From Adineta vaga (taxonomy: Eukaryota; Animalia; Rotifera): a stretch of 64,000 nt of DNA. Each line of letters starts with the position of its first letter. The first letter of the stretch is position 1. The notes below the pieces were generated by a model, which made no database searches, was not told where the DNA came from, and saw only the letters and a program-made list of their open reading frames with translations. The stretch spans positions 1 to 64,000 of the forward strand of contig CP075495.1 in assembly GCA_021613535.1 (NCBI GenBank), read 5' to 3'. The position numbers were made by a program, and so were the translations under genes. Below, one piece after another: positions 25,871 to 39,882 of the stretch.

Positions 25871-27342
25871 ATGACAAAAGATACAATTGTTGAGCTTAAT
25901 CAAGACGTGGGATGTTATCTATTACAGTTTCTTGATGGATTAGACGCGACTAACTTTATTGTAGGTGTAAACAATAGTAAACAATTTCGATCAATTGCGA
26001 AAACATCAGATCATCATTTTATTACGTTGATCAAAGGATTTTGTGGTCATCAAAGGCTTTTGTGGTCATTTTGTTACCACGTGCATTCTTTGAAAACTTT
26101 ATAGAGGGATATGAAATTGACGACAAGCAACTCTTATTAGTTTCCAAACGTTATTCGGATACCATTGAGCCATTGGAACGTTTATATATTCATCCGTACT
26201 TTAGCATTGATGGATTTATAAAATTGTGTGAAAGCTATAAAACGTCTCTCTTTGAATGCTATTCTCGACTACTACCGCTAAATACTTCCTGGTACAATGC
26301 TGATTTTTGACTTCTTGATTATGAATCATATCGTCACACAATTGGGTCAGAACGCATGTTAAATGCTCATGAGCAGAAGCTATTCAAAGGTAAACGACAG
26401 AACATAAAAACTAAAACATTAGAAAAAATGTGTACAATTAATTTTTTCAGTAAATACATACTTTAATAAGGAAAAGAATCAAGTTTCTCATTCAAATATG
26501 TCGTTCGTACATACTGTGGAGGAATTTAAACAAAATCTGCTCATTCGTTTTTCATCAAAGAAATGGATGGAAGCAATAGATTTTTCAAAGTGGGCACTCG
26601 TTGGAGGATGTGTTTTGAATGCATTATGTCAGTCACCATTTTCAGATAAAAACGAGCAAGACATTAATTTAGTGTACTATATTGACAACATATTAGACTT
26701 TAAAACCTCAATAGATATCACTGTAAAATGTCTCACCCAGATAAACATGGGTCGTGCACGGAATGAAATAAAAGCGGAAAAATTCCGGGAGCACCTAGTT
26801 CAATGTGTTCTTACCATGTGACGTACGAATGCGCTTCACTTGGATGCCTATTGTAAACTCAAAGAATCCGCTTTCACATATTCTTCATATGTTCGATATG
26901 GATATTTGTCAAATCGCGTTCAATGGTGAATATTTTCAAGTTTCTGAATTATTTTCTACATACATGCGTAAAAATTTTAGGAAACAAAATCGTGTCAACA
27001 TTTGCATTTTTACAAGCACTTGCGACAAAGTCATTTATTACGTATACTTTGTATGCTGGAAGTTCAAGGCATTTATGCACGCGTATAGAAAAGTATTGTA
27101 TGAGAGGATTTAAACTTCTGGAACCTACTGATTTCGACGGTAATTTTAATTTGCTAATGGCACAATAGGAAATTCCATTATATCGATTTGAACAACAGCA
27201 ATATATAGATGATGATGGTGAAATTCAGATTGCTCAAAAAGAATACCGTCGACCATTTTTGAATAATGTTGACACATTTCATCTTCAAGAAAAATTTGTC
27301 AGTATGATCTGTCCTGAATTATTACAATACCAATCAAATTGA
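25871..27342 (+). pseudogene. Pol-beta-fold nucleotidyltransferase-like gene, decayed
   Basis: WALVGGCVLNAL...QDINLVY, FDMDICQIAF, TRIEKYCMRGF; introns ~26389-26451 and ~26925-26980; stops at 26308 and 27166; frameshifts near 26060 and 26800. Confidence 0.6.
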
Positions 27343-27572
27343 TTGTCCATCTATGACAATCATTTGTTGTAATTTGATTTTAATATACTGTTCTAGTTAC
27401 TTGTAGAAAAATATCTGTAATCATTTTATCATTGATTATAACTTATTTAGAATAAAAATCTTCATATACTTATAGCTGTTCTTTAAACTTAAATATTCAT
27501 ATGTATTATTTGTAGATTTTAATATAACATATACACATTTTAATTTATTTCTAAATAAATTATTCCTTTGAA

Positions 27573-28017
27573 ATGTCTCAATCATCAAGTGAGTGATTTG
27601 GAGAATGTATTTTTCATTACAATATTGTGTTTATATTTGTTCTGCATTAGATTCCATAATGAACACAAATATCTTCACAGAATTATCAGCTATTACAGGT
27701 GATGATACGGTAAGAATTATTTATTTCACAGTAGAATAATATTTCTATTAATTTCATCATAGAATGCTGCAACTGAAGCAGATCAAGGAAAGAAAAGACT
27801 TGCTCCTGTGGCACCTTCAGTTCAAACAAAAACGAGTAGTGCTATTCATCAGTCAAGTGAAAAACAAACTGCAAGTGTTACATTAAAGGCTTCTACTCAA
27901 CCAAAATTTGTCAAGGCGAGTGAAATAGCTCGTGCCAATTTTCGAGTTATGGTTGAGATCTCTGACGAAGAATCACTTGAAATGACTATTAGATTAGAAA
28001 AGAAACATCCTCAATAA
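27573..28017 (+). CDS. Small three-exon hypothetical protein
   Basis: ATG 27573, two short GT-AG introns, last exon is ORF 27808-28017 ending ISDEESLEMTIRLEKKHPQ. Confidence 0.5.
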
Positions 28018-28293
28018 TCTTTTGAAATGACATATTATTAAACGAACTAGTTTATAAACGAAGTGTTTTTTGTTGTGTGTTTGTAGTGATGTAGGACCGC
28101 ATTTCCTCGATTAATTTTTGTCGTTTTCATATTCATTTTATACTCATATATATAATATAATATTATTGTTGTTAATGTTAATATTCATTTCAGATTTGTA
28201 ATACTAGCTGATCACAACGTAATGAGCTAATTGGATATCGTCGGTATAGCTAACTAGTATATTATGTCTTGAAACTATTGTAGAACTTCATTG

Positions 28294-29340
28294 ATGAAAA
28301 TGCGAACGACAATCCATCACTTATGTTCGGATATTTGGCAAGAAATATTTCATTATTTTAACGCAATCGAGGTAATTAATGGTTTGATATATGTAACTGA
28401 TGCTGCCAATGCGGTAGTATTCAATCTATGTTGCCATTGCTTTTTACGAGGACTTGTTCTTGACGCTTGCACACGAAATTTTCCCAAAAACCTGCTTTTT
28501 ACACAAGTTATATCACTTGAATTGCATCAAGAAAGCTGTTTTAATGATTTTCACCTTTGTTCAGAAGTTCGCTCATTAAAACTCGTCGGCGATTCTCAGT
28601 GGGCCATTGATCTTCTAGCTAAAGTTTCGTATGGTATGTTAAAACTCGAACAACTAACTCTAATTGTGCCTGGTATTGGTTTGTTACACAATTTCCTTGC
28701 ATCCATTTCACCATTATTATCATTACGTCGATTGGCAATATATGCAGAACACTTGGAAGAAAGAATAAAAAGCGGTGCCTCGTTTTTTAAAGAAACAAAA
28801 ATTGAACAATTTATTTTGCGTTCATGCTCATCAGTCAGCTGTAATGATCTATTATCCATGTGTCCAAGCCTTAATAATATTCGCTTTCTTGATATCACTC
28901 TGTTTCATGTTAATAAAGATTTAATCTTTTCGTTTAGTTTTCCGAAGCTTCGGTCTATCTCTCTCATACTAATCGAAATACCGTTTGATTGGATTATTGG
29001 ATTAGTAGAGAGAGCACTGTCTGTGTTAAAACTGAAGTTGAGTGGTCTCGTAAATGCTGAAGGATTTGTCGTGAATGATAAATGGTTAAATCTATTCCAA
29101 TCTTGTCCTTCACTTATCACCGTTATTGTAAGTGTATCATTGGAACAAGACACTACTTCGCCTTATAATGCTACGATTCAAAAACATCTGCGAGAAATCA
29201 GTCTGGATTTGAAATGTATCGATGAGGATGGCGAATATTATTCGGATGAAAGAAATCAGTGTCGCTGGTGGAACTTGTCTGGAAATGTTATTAAAAGACA
29301 TAAATATATAGGAGAAAAATATCGAAAGTTTTGTAATTGA
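28294..29340 (+). CDS. F-box / leucine-rich-repeat protein
   Basis: N-terminal LCSDIWQEIFHYF F-box-like motif; repeated LxxLxL units (VRSLKL, LEQLTL, LRRLAI, IRFLDI, LRSISL); intact intronless ORF. Confidence 0.7.
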   Translation: MKMRTTIHHLCSDIWQEIFHYFNAIEVINGLIYVTDAANAVVFNLCCHCFLRGLVLDACTRNFPKNLLFTQVISLELHQESCFNDFHLCSEVRSLKLVGDSQWAIDLLAKVSYGMLKLEQLTLIVPGIGLLHNFLASISPLLSLRRLAIYAEHLEERIKSGASFFKETKIEQFILRSCSSVSCNDLLSMCPSLNNIRFLDITLFHVNKDLIFSFSFPKLRSISLILIEIPFDWIIGLVERALSVLKLKLSGLVNAEGFVVNDKWLNLFQSCPSLITVIVSVSLEQDTTSPYNATIQKHLREISLDLKCIDEDGEYYSDERNQCRWWNLSGNVIKRHKYIGEKYRKFCN

Positions 29341-29538
29341 ACAATCATGTCATATGAAAGTTTTTAAATCTCAACTATTTCTTTTTTTACCATGAAATAT
29401 TATAAGATGTTAATATACGATAAGTTTTTTTTATAATAAACTACGAGTGTTCAGTTTGGTACAAATGCTTTTTTAGGGCCGATTATCTGCTAAGCAGATT
29501 TTTACTGAAATAAAACTGTTTTAGATTAAATTGAAAAA

Positions 29539-32500
29539 ATGAATAAAAATGGATACCAGTATTGTTGTACTGGTTTGTATACATGTCAATATCAGCCATG
29601 CACGTGCCAACGATTTGAACGGATAGAAAAATTTATACAAGCATTGAATCGGTTGACAACAGCAGCAAATGCAATGGACTATGAGGAACAAATTTATACT
29701 GTTATAAGCGCAATCTCTACAGTAGGAGTATCGATAGATTTTAATTAAACTCTTCATTTCTTTCTGGTTATTTTAGGACGAGCGATTAATAACACCGCTG
29801 CAGTTGATTGTTCCCATTGATTTTGATGAAAGTAAACATGTTATTGATGATATAGCTCAGCATTACTTAAAACAAGCAAATAAAAGTGTCCAACACCTGA
29901 TTCCTATCAAAAGTCTTGCCGATGGTAACTGTCTTTTCAATTCAATTGTATCTCTTATACCTGATTCTGGTATATCAGCTGCTGAATTAAGAGGTTTGTT
30001 AATTCGATTGTTATTACAGATCGTAATTTCCTAATTGCACACACAGATCTAAAAAACTTAAATACCGAGAGTGAGGGTGAAAACGAAAACCTTGATCGAG
30101 ATTCAGAATTAGGGATTAGGGATAGCTTTCTAGATTTATTTTGATAAATTTTATTGTTTGGTTTTAGTACGAACAGCTGTCGAGTTGTTGAAAAATAGAA
30201 TTCATTATACTGCTCAATATAGCAGTAATATCGGCTCTTTTAATGAAGCACTTAGAGAAACTTGTAAAAATGGTAGTTATTCCGAACTTTATGAGCTTGT
30301 AGCGCTGGCTAATGTTTTACATTGTGACGTACAAAGCGTATATCCATTCATCGATTACCGAGCAGAAATGAAAATTATGAATGCAATGTACAAGCCATTG
30401 GACACAACTACACCAGTTAACGGAAGAGCAAAGCGTATATCCATTCATCGATTACCGAGCAGAAATGAAAATTATGAATGCAATGTACAAGCCATTGGAC
30501 ACAACTACACCAGTTAACGGAAGATTAATTATATTTTGGAGCAGCACTGAGGATGAATTTTCTACGAGAAATCGTCCTGGTAATGGTGGAGTATGGAGTC
30601 CAAATCATTTTGTACCGCTTGTACAACCATATCGCAGAGATCGAACAGTAAGTAATGAGCAAAGACATCTGATAATACAGATAGTGTATAATAGGGCATT
30701 AGCCAAAAAGATATGTCTGAAACTTTTGTATATTTAGACACCACGAAAGCAGACGATTAAAAATAACCAAATTTCATCTATACGAAGTCCTGAGTTTTCA
30801 CCGCCACCTAATATTAGGAAGCACACGGTAACGTCATCATTGGTTGAGAAGTCGTCATCGAATTTAGAGACTTACAACAGTCAATGGAAACGCCAAGAGA
30901 AAATAGTCGAAAGCGAAGAGCAGCGAAGACAACGTCTAGCTGATGATCGACTGCGCAAACGGACTGCAAGGGAAAAGGAAACTGAAGATCAGCAGCGAAT
31001 ACGTCTTACTGTCCAACGAGAACGATCTGCAAAGAATAGGTTAAGTCGAAGTAAACAAAGAACTAGGCTTCTAACGGACAAACAACAACAAAACTCTAAT
31101 GCGAAAGATACAGTGGATCGACAGCGATCCAAAAGTAATTTAGTCGAAGCTGTGAACATACAGCGAGAACAACGAATATTAGAAAAGGAGCAGCAAGCTC
31201 TACTCAACGAATTTGTTTGGCCAATGACAATTCCAACGAAATTAAAAGATTATTGTTTGCATGATTTCTCTAATCATATGTCCATGTCAGTCCTACGACA
31301 ATCTGTATGTATTCTATGTAATATTCGAGCCTCTGCTAACAACATGAACGAATGTGCTCTACAAGATATTTTAAACGTGAAACAACTAACGACTCATATA
31401 GATCTCATGAATATTATTCCTAAAAAACAAGAAGAGAGACAAGGTAAATATCTTAATTAAGTAATTATTACATGATTGCATATCATTCGTATTTACAGAT
31501 GTTGACGAAAATTTTGATACTTTCTCAATATCGAATATAGTTCTTTACAAGAGAGGATATAATACGATGACAAAAACTGGTACTGTATGTCAACAGTGCT
31601 ACAGTGCTTTGAGTAAAGATAAGATTCCAATGTTCTCTGTAGCAAACAAAATGTGGAATTGGTGATATACCGCTTGAGCTTCAGGGACTAACAATTGCTG
31701 AAGAAAAATTGTAAGTAATTAACTATTATTGAAAAGAATACAAAGTTATGAATACACGACTATCTTTTCGAAGAATTTCCCTTTATCGACATAATAGTTG
31801 TATTATCAAACTACATTCTCCTTTTCATCACCATTCTACTGCTCAAGCTGCACTCAAAGGTAATGTAATTACATTTATGCATAATATGCCAAACATTGTT
31901 ACAAGTTTGCCCTTGGATGTGGAAGATCTTTCTGATACATTAAAAATTGTTTTTATCGGCGCACACACACCGGATCGAGTCCAATTACGTAAGATTTGTG
32001 GTGTGAGTCGACAAAAAATTCGTCGTGCTCTCGTATGGTTGAAAAATCATAATCATATGTATCGAGGAATTCCTGGTAAGTTTCTGAGAAAAAAAAACGC
32101 TTTCTAAAATATGTACTATATCATCTTAGTAAATGAGGGAAATATTGCAAAATTACCTGAAGATGATGTTCCAGAGAGCATATGGATTACCTTGGAAAGG
32201 TTAGAAAATGCTATTGATGGAAATGCAGAACGAAGTGGATATACTGACGATCCAATGGTAAATGCCACTGACCAAGATGAAATGAATTCAGAAAACATAT
32301 GCCCAATGAATCCTAGGTAATAAGTTTCAATTATAAAATGAAAAATTTCTAATATTTTAAAATTTAATAGTGCTGTGTTGGATGTTAATGGAACTATGAT
32401 CTCGTCAGAAGATATTGGCGTACATTTACTTCGTAAAGTTCATAAGAATATAACTAGTGTATCGGCTGACTCATCAGATAAACCAACTGACGACGAAGAT

Positions 32501-35500
32501 GATGTGTTTATGATTCCGAGATCTCATATGCCGATTAACGATTGTTTCAATCCAGAATTATTGCTTGGTCTATATCCAACTCTTTTTCCCTATGGATGTG
32601 GTGCACCTCAGGATCTATCAAGGCCAATTCCAGTGTCACTTGAGCAACACATACGATATTTACTAGCATATGATGATCAACGTTTTGAGAAGCACCATTC
32701 ATTCATGTTCGTTCTTTTTAATATATTACAGCGACGACAAGCATTTCGGAATGCAACTCTTATGGCTTCTCGACCTTATTTTCAAACCGCTGCAAATGAT
32801 CTCCAAACTTTGACAAGTAAAGAAATTGAGTCAGCGCTCATAACTATCGGCAAAAAGACGTTCTCTTCCGTGGATAATCCAAGAATCAATACACTCATGA
32901 ATCAAATCAAGGCTGTAGGTGGAAGTGTCATGGGCTCGGCCTATTCTCGATCATCTCTTCGCAATAAGATCCATGCTCTGATATTTAATCAAGGTTTGCC
33001 TAGTATATTTATGACAATAAATCCTGCCGATATTCATAGCCGTGTTGCTCTGTATTTTGCTGGCGTCGACCTTGATCTCGATAAAATTATACCAGAAACA
33101 ATTCCACCAAGATACGAACGTGCTCAAATTATAGCTTCACATCCCGTGGCTACAGGTCGTTTTTTTAATGTACTCATCTCTTCTATTCTTAAATGTATGA
33201 TTGAAAAGGGCGTACTAGGTCCTATTAAAGCCTACTTTGGTACAGTTGAAAATCAAGGACGGGGCTCATTGCATTTACATATTCTCATGTGGCTTGATCA
33301 TGATTTGACACCCTCTCAGTTAAAAGAATCAGTTCAAAATGAAGAGTTTCGACGTGGTCTTCTTAACTATTTAGAAGATATCATCAAGCAAGACCTTAGT
33401 AACTTCAGTCTTAATACATCTGAAGATGACGGTAAAAGATCATCTCTAAATAAATACATATAGAATTCATTTTATCAAATTAACTTTTTAGATCTTGAAC
33501 AGCAGCAAAGATCATCTTCAAATTCTAATCAAAATGAAAATAATTCTTCGAAGCTCATGCCATCGATCATGCTGACACCAAATCCATCAATGCCGAATTT
33601 TGAATTCGACTTTAAAAATGATGTCGTGAAGCTAGTATGCACTAATAATATGCATAAACACACTGCATCATGTTGTAAATATTCAAAAAAGAGCGATAAT
33701 CCTATATGCCGTATGCGAATGCCTCGCAAAACTGAAAACGAATCCTCTATTAATGTTGAAACTGGTGAAATTAAATTGAAGCGACTTCATGAAACAATTA
33801 ATAACTTCAACGAATATATCATTAGTGCGTGTCGTTCGAATATGGATATTAAATATATTTTTAGCGGCAGTGATGCTAAGGTCTTGGTATATTACGTTAC
33901 AGATTATGTCACAGAATCGACTCTCTCCTTTCACGATACATTCTCATTGATGTTGAAAGCTGTTCAATCTTTTGAAAAGCAAAAACTTAATGCGAACGTC
34001 GCTATGAATGCCGAGGAAAAATCTCGTCGACTTGTCTTGCGTTGCTATAACACGCTTGCATCACAGCAAGAATTATCTGGAGTACAAGTGGCCTCTTATC
34101 TTATGGGTTGGCCTGATCATTATACAACTCACGATTTTGTCAATCTATTTCTAATTGGTATTGAGAATTATTTACAATCAATGTTAATAGACGCCAAACT
34201 TAAACAACAGTCTCAAATAACAAGTGATATCTAGATTTCTATAAGCCGTTTTTTGTTATAAGTTAAAAACTTTCTTGTCAGATGTTTTTTCATTTTATTA
34301 GATATATGTATAAGTCGATAGTACTTATGGAGAACTATAAGATCTCATAGAACTCACTAAGCATTAAGAAATCGATATATTCTTGCTCTCTGCAGCAGGT
34401 CAGATTATGAATAAGATGCGATGACATAGTTCACATGTACAATAAACAATGAATATAATCTTAGAACCTTTTTTATTTTGATAGATATTACAGATATCAA
34501 CGATGAAGAAAACTGCTTTGAAACAGAAGAACAATTTTCACTTCAACCAACGGAGACTAATAACAAATATGTATATGTTAACACTCGAGCAGATTATCAA
34601 TATCGTTCAAGAGTGCTTGATAATATGTATCTATATGATTATGTTCGTTTATATCAGAAAAAACCTATTGATGCAAGAGATCGCAAGCATTTGGAAACTC
34701 AATCAGAATCGACAAATGATCATTCAAAAACTGTACACCGTGGCCGACCGTTTTCTGAAAGAGAGATGTTTCAAGCTGGACATCCGCAAGCAACATCACA
34801 TATAAACATAAAGCGTATGACATCAGTCGTTCCAGTCTTACTTGGTCCTCCAATACCTCGTAAAGACCGAGAAGATACAAAAGAACGTTATTGCCGAGCC
34901 ATATTGACTCTTTTTCTCCCCTGGCGCACAATTGAAGACGCATCTAATGTTAACCAGACATGGGAAGAGGCATTTCATATGCGTCAAACTGAAATCCTTC
35001 CAACATCATAGAAAATTATCAATAATATACAGGTGCTTCAAGAATGTAAAAGTGATCGTGATGAGCATTTGCAGCAGGTAATTGAAGTTGCACAAACTGA
35101 TATTGGTGGCGGCGAATACTATCCTCATCATGTTAACAGTGATAGTGAGGATGAAAATACTGAAATACTTGATGTATTAGAAGCGCTGGATATCGCTGAC
35201 ATGCCTACTTTCAAACACAATGCGAATAAAGTAGAACAAATATATTTTGAAAAGATAGTGAAAGCAGTGGATCAAGCTAACCGATTTGCAAATATTCGAA
35301 GTGAGAGTATTCATTTTTGACGATAACCATTAATAACTGTCATTTATAGATTCGCATACAGGAGCGACAAATCGCCTTACATATACATCCGCATTGCAGG
35401 GGAACGTTGTTTCTGATCATGAACATTTAGTACCAGCAACTCATGAATTACTTCAATTAAATAATAGATGGCAACGAAAAATTAAAGACGATAAAGATCG

Positions 35501-37598
35501 AATAAGAAATGCTTGTATCGGTGAACAACCACTAGATGATATTGTGGAGAACAATGATAATGTCGAAAATGAACTGGCTAAAGTTATCGAAGATAATTTA
35601 CCACCAAATCTAGATAATAATAAGACTATCTCGAGTTCAGGACACATTATGTCAGTCACAAAAATTATTGTACCAAACGAAATAACACGAGAGAACATGG
35701 CGAGACAATTCACGTTGAACAAAAATCAAAAAGCTGCATTTATGATTATTACTGGTCATCTGGATGGCTTAGATAATTTAAACGGAGGTATGATGATGTA
35801 ATAGATCGCAAAAAATTCTAACCATACTAATTTTTTCTAGGTGACAAACAAGACCAGTTAATTATGTGTGTACCCGGCTGTGGTGGTACAGGAAAGTCAC
35901 AATTGATTCGTGCTGTTACTGCCTATTTTATAGAAACAAATCGTGCGCATAAATTGAGAAAACTTGCGCCAACATCAGTTGCCGCAGCAGAGATTGAAGG
36001 CATGACAATTCATTCCTTTCTCGGTGAAGGACGCAATCGGAAAAAGAAATCAAAAACCGTGAATCGTCCAGGTCAGATGACACTTGAAAATACATGGCGT
36101 TTTATAGAATATATCATTCTTGATGAAATGTCAATGGTTGATCTTAGCTTATTGGCTCGTTTGAATAAACTTGTTGCGAAAGCTAAGCATTGCAATCCCA
36201 TGTCTACGATGGGCGGTATAAACATAATTTTTTTCGGAGATTATATTCAATACTCACCTGTTTTTGACAAACCACTTTATTATAATTTTTCCACTACGAC
36301 AGACAACGATGGAAAAAGGAACACGAACTTGCCGATTGAAAACGATATTCAACAAAAAAGTGCTCGAGCACTTGTCTTACAAATAAACTGTGTTGTTATG
36401 CTTGAGCAACAAATGAGAACAAAAGATATAGCTTATCGAGCTCTGTTGGATAGAGTTCGTAATGGTGAAGGAACAAATGCAGATTGGCAACTACTTCGAA
36501 CACGTGTAATTGGCATAGGACTTAATATCTCTCTCAATGATCCACCATGGAACGAGGTATGTTACAAATACAACTAGTCCTTTCATACAAACTACAGCAT
36601 ACAGATATGATTATAAAAAAAATGAATAACTTTGAAAGTAGAGTTTTTTCTTTCATTTGTCAGAACTTACTGTAGTGCTCTTTACAAAGAATATCATATT
36701 ATTCAATGCAGTTAGTTTTCTTTCTTCTTTTGTAGTATCTTAGGCTCCAAATCTTGTTTACCGTAATGAACTTAGAACAGAACTGAACAATCGAGCTGTA
36801 ATCAATAAAGCATATGAAATGGGTCGAGTTCCAACTGTTGTGATAGCTACAGATACAATAAAAGCTAAGAGAAATATCGACCTTCCTGATTTGGCGAGAC
36901 GTCTTTTAAGTTTACCGGATAATAAAACAGAACATTTACCTGGTTACTTACCTCTTGCGCCAGGTATGCCTGTGCTATTGCAAGAAAATATAGCTTGTGA
37001 ACTTGGTCTGTCGAATGGGACACAAGGTATTTTTCGTAGATTAGTTTATGATCATACAGCAGAACCTACTACAGGATCTAACAAAGACGTTTTCACAAAT
37101 GATACTGTCTTTATTCGTAATGCTCAATACACAATAGTAGAAATATCAAAATCAAAAATCAAAAAGTTTGATTCACTTGACGCACTTCTTGTCCCTATTC
37201 CAGTGGTCGAAAAGACGTTTGATGTCAGTTTGGAGAAGCTGTACGCGAACAAAGCAGCAGTTATGAAAATATTCAAACATAAAAAAGTTAAAGCTACCAT
37301 ATCTGTGAGAAAAGCTTTGCCATTGATACCAGCCTATTCTATCACTACTCATAAGAGTCAAGGTCAAACACTACGGAAGATAATTATTGATTTAAATATG
37401 CCACCTGGAATGGTAGAGGTCGCATCTGCTTATGTACCACTTTCCAGAGTACAACAGCTTTCGGATCTCGTAATTTTACAAGACTTCAGCATCACTGCTT
37501 TACAAGTAAAGCCATCTAAAGGACAAGTATCTGAGCTTAACAGATTAGCTGTACTTTTTGAACAAACAAAAAAATGTTATACTCAATATTTTGTATGA
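29539..37598 (+). pseudogene. Helitron Rep-Hel polyprotein, copy 1: OTU/vertnin-like protease, coiled coil, HUH Rep, PIF1 helicase
   Basis: OTU: ADGNCLFNSI...PNHFVPL; Rep: GLPSIFMTINPAD, VENQGRGSLHLHILMW, YYVTDYVT; PIF1: GCGGTGKS, DEMSMV, GDYIQ, THKSQGQTL, YVPLSRV; lesions: 97-bp duplication, frameshift ~31657, TAG at 35009. Confidence 0.93.
30332..30524 (+). repeat. Perfect tandem duplication (96 bp x2, period 97)
   Basis: 30332-30427 repeated at 30429-30524; shifts the frame in the OTU exon. Confidence 0.95.
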
Positions 37599-38035
37599 CT
37601 TGGCATGAAATATGCTTGAAGCCATTGCATATTCAATACTACAAAAGAAACTCTTTCGGCATTTCCAATGACACAATTAATTGAACACCATTTATTTTAT
37701 CAAAATTAATAAAAGTTTTGACAAGATCAACGACGAATAGTTATCTAATAATCAAACAAATCCATACGATTTTTCAAGGACAACTACTAAACTATTAGAA
37801 ATTTTTCAATCATTTTGATTTAGAGTGGTTGTTTTATGTTAACTGATTTTTTTGTAATCTTGTGATTAGTTCATATATAATTTATCTTCACTTGAAAAAA
37901 AAACAATCGATAATATGACCTTTTTAATAATAATTTGTTCATTTGTTTCAGATATTTGTAAAAAGCATTTGACTCTCATTCTTCAATATTTTTAATTGAG
38001 AAGTGCCGTCTTTAACTTCCGAAAATCTATCAAGC

Positions 38036-39882
38036 ATGAGATATAACATTGTACTATTATTTCTTCTCTTGATTTTATTCTCACACAATATTCTTGGCAA
38101 ACTTAATGATATCTTTGGACAAAATACCACGATTGGTCATCCTGAATCAGGTCTATTCTTTACTTATGTGGGTGTGAGGGGAGTGAGTTTATTGCATGAT
38201 GAGAATGAGATGGAACACACACACACACACAAGTAGAAGATACTGCTTTTATATACTATCTGTGATCACATGTACATGACTCAAAGCATCCGATCCATAT
38301 ACACATAACTCATGAGTTATCGTGGCTGAAGGCCATGACAGTGGGTTCATACACACCATCTGACAAAATTATTCATAACTCAGCCATTTTTCCAATGACT
38401 GTTGCTACTTGTTACTTTTTACCATTATCAAGTGCTTCAAAGATTCCGTCATGTAATATTACAATGAAAAGAAATAAACTTCTTCTTACTAATATCATTA
38501 GTATAGGTGTAGAACTTACCAGTCTTGCCATATCTACGGCGAATTCTATGCAAATAGTAAATCTTCAGCAACAAGTGACACTCGTCGAGAAATCTCTCTC
38601 AAAATTCTCTAATACTATGCGTGCACATGGAGCACTACTAGTAAAATTTCAAGAAACCCAGATTGAATTGGCAAAGGAACTTCAAACGACACAACAAGCT
38701 ATCAATGCTATAATTCCGATTTTGAAAATGCATTCAAAAAGTCTTGAAAGTCTCAGAGATAGTGTTGAAAAGCTATACATCCAGATTCGACGTTCCTTTC
38801 TTTACTTAGCGTTAGAGAAAATCTTCCATAATAAACTTACTTTAGAATTTCTCTCGCCAGATGATCTACATAGTGTAATCTATGATGTTATATCAGAAGG
38901 AAATCTAACGTTCAATGCCGAGTATGGACAGATTTCAATTGCTCAAATTATTACTAACCTTCTCGTTCGTCAACAAGTCGATTTTGTTCCCAGCTCTCGA
39001 TACACCACTATGAATCCAGAAGAAATTGGCCGTCTTGTTATTACAAGTTATTTTGCCGTTCCACAACAACAACATTCACCATTTTATACCTACAAATCAA
39101 TGGCAATTCCGTTCTTTTATGAAAATAAAACTATTCAAATTGGTCACATTCCTCAGTATTGGGCAATTAATCCCATAGACAATATCACTATGGAATGGCA
39201 TGATCCTCAAACATCTGGATGTGATCTTCAATTGATGACAACTTGCCGTGATACTCCACCAATACAACCGATAACAGACAAAACTTGTCTTGGTCAAATT
39301 ATTGGAACTCTATCATTGTCAAGTTGTCAAATAACATCAGCTCCATCCGAACCATTCTTTATTCGACAACTCCGAGGTAATCTTTGGGTGACTTCGTCAC
39401 CTGAACCACTTCATTGTTTGAAAATTCCTAAATTTGAGTACTCTATTCTTAAACCGCAAACACAGAACATAAATGAACAAGTTATACTGCCGCCTATATC
39501 TGTTGTAAATGTGACTCCAGGGTATACAATTACATGTCCTGGTTTTACTTTAGTAGGTCAACCAATACCCTCGAGCGGTCCATCATTTGCAGTTATTTAT
39601 AACAATAGTCTCCTGACAAATAATATCCCTATTGTTGATGTTTATCAACATCTAAAAAAGAATACATCGTGGTTTAATGTAAAATCGCGTGAACAAAGAA
39701 TCGATGACATTATTAAACGTTTGAGCGAACCAGTCACTCTTCCTGATATCCAAACATTTCATCCTAAAGATGTGTGGTCTCTTAGTGCATTAGTTATCTG
39801 CTGGATATGTTTAGGATTAATCTCTATTGCACTATACTATGTTTATCGACGTAAGTTGAAGAATAGTATACAAAGTATCTGA
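38036..39882 (+). pseudogene. Class I viral fusion (env/F-like) glycoprotein, split by a solo LTR
   Basis: Removing 38173-38345 joins the two ORFs in frame (FTYVG-SYTPS). Signal peptide MRYNIVLLFLLLILFS; basic site KRNK; hydrophobic peptide LLTNIISIGV; heptad repeat; Cys-rich region; N-glycosylation sequons; C-terminal TM followed by RRK. Confidence 0.82.
38173..38340 (-). mobile_element. Solo LTR (168 bp)
   Basis: TG...CA ends; 5-bp TSD GTGGG at 38168-38172 and 38341-38345; TATATAAAA and AATAAA on the minus strand. Confidence 0.9.
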
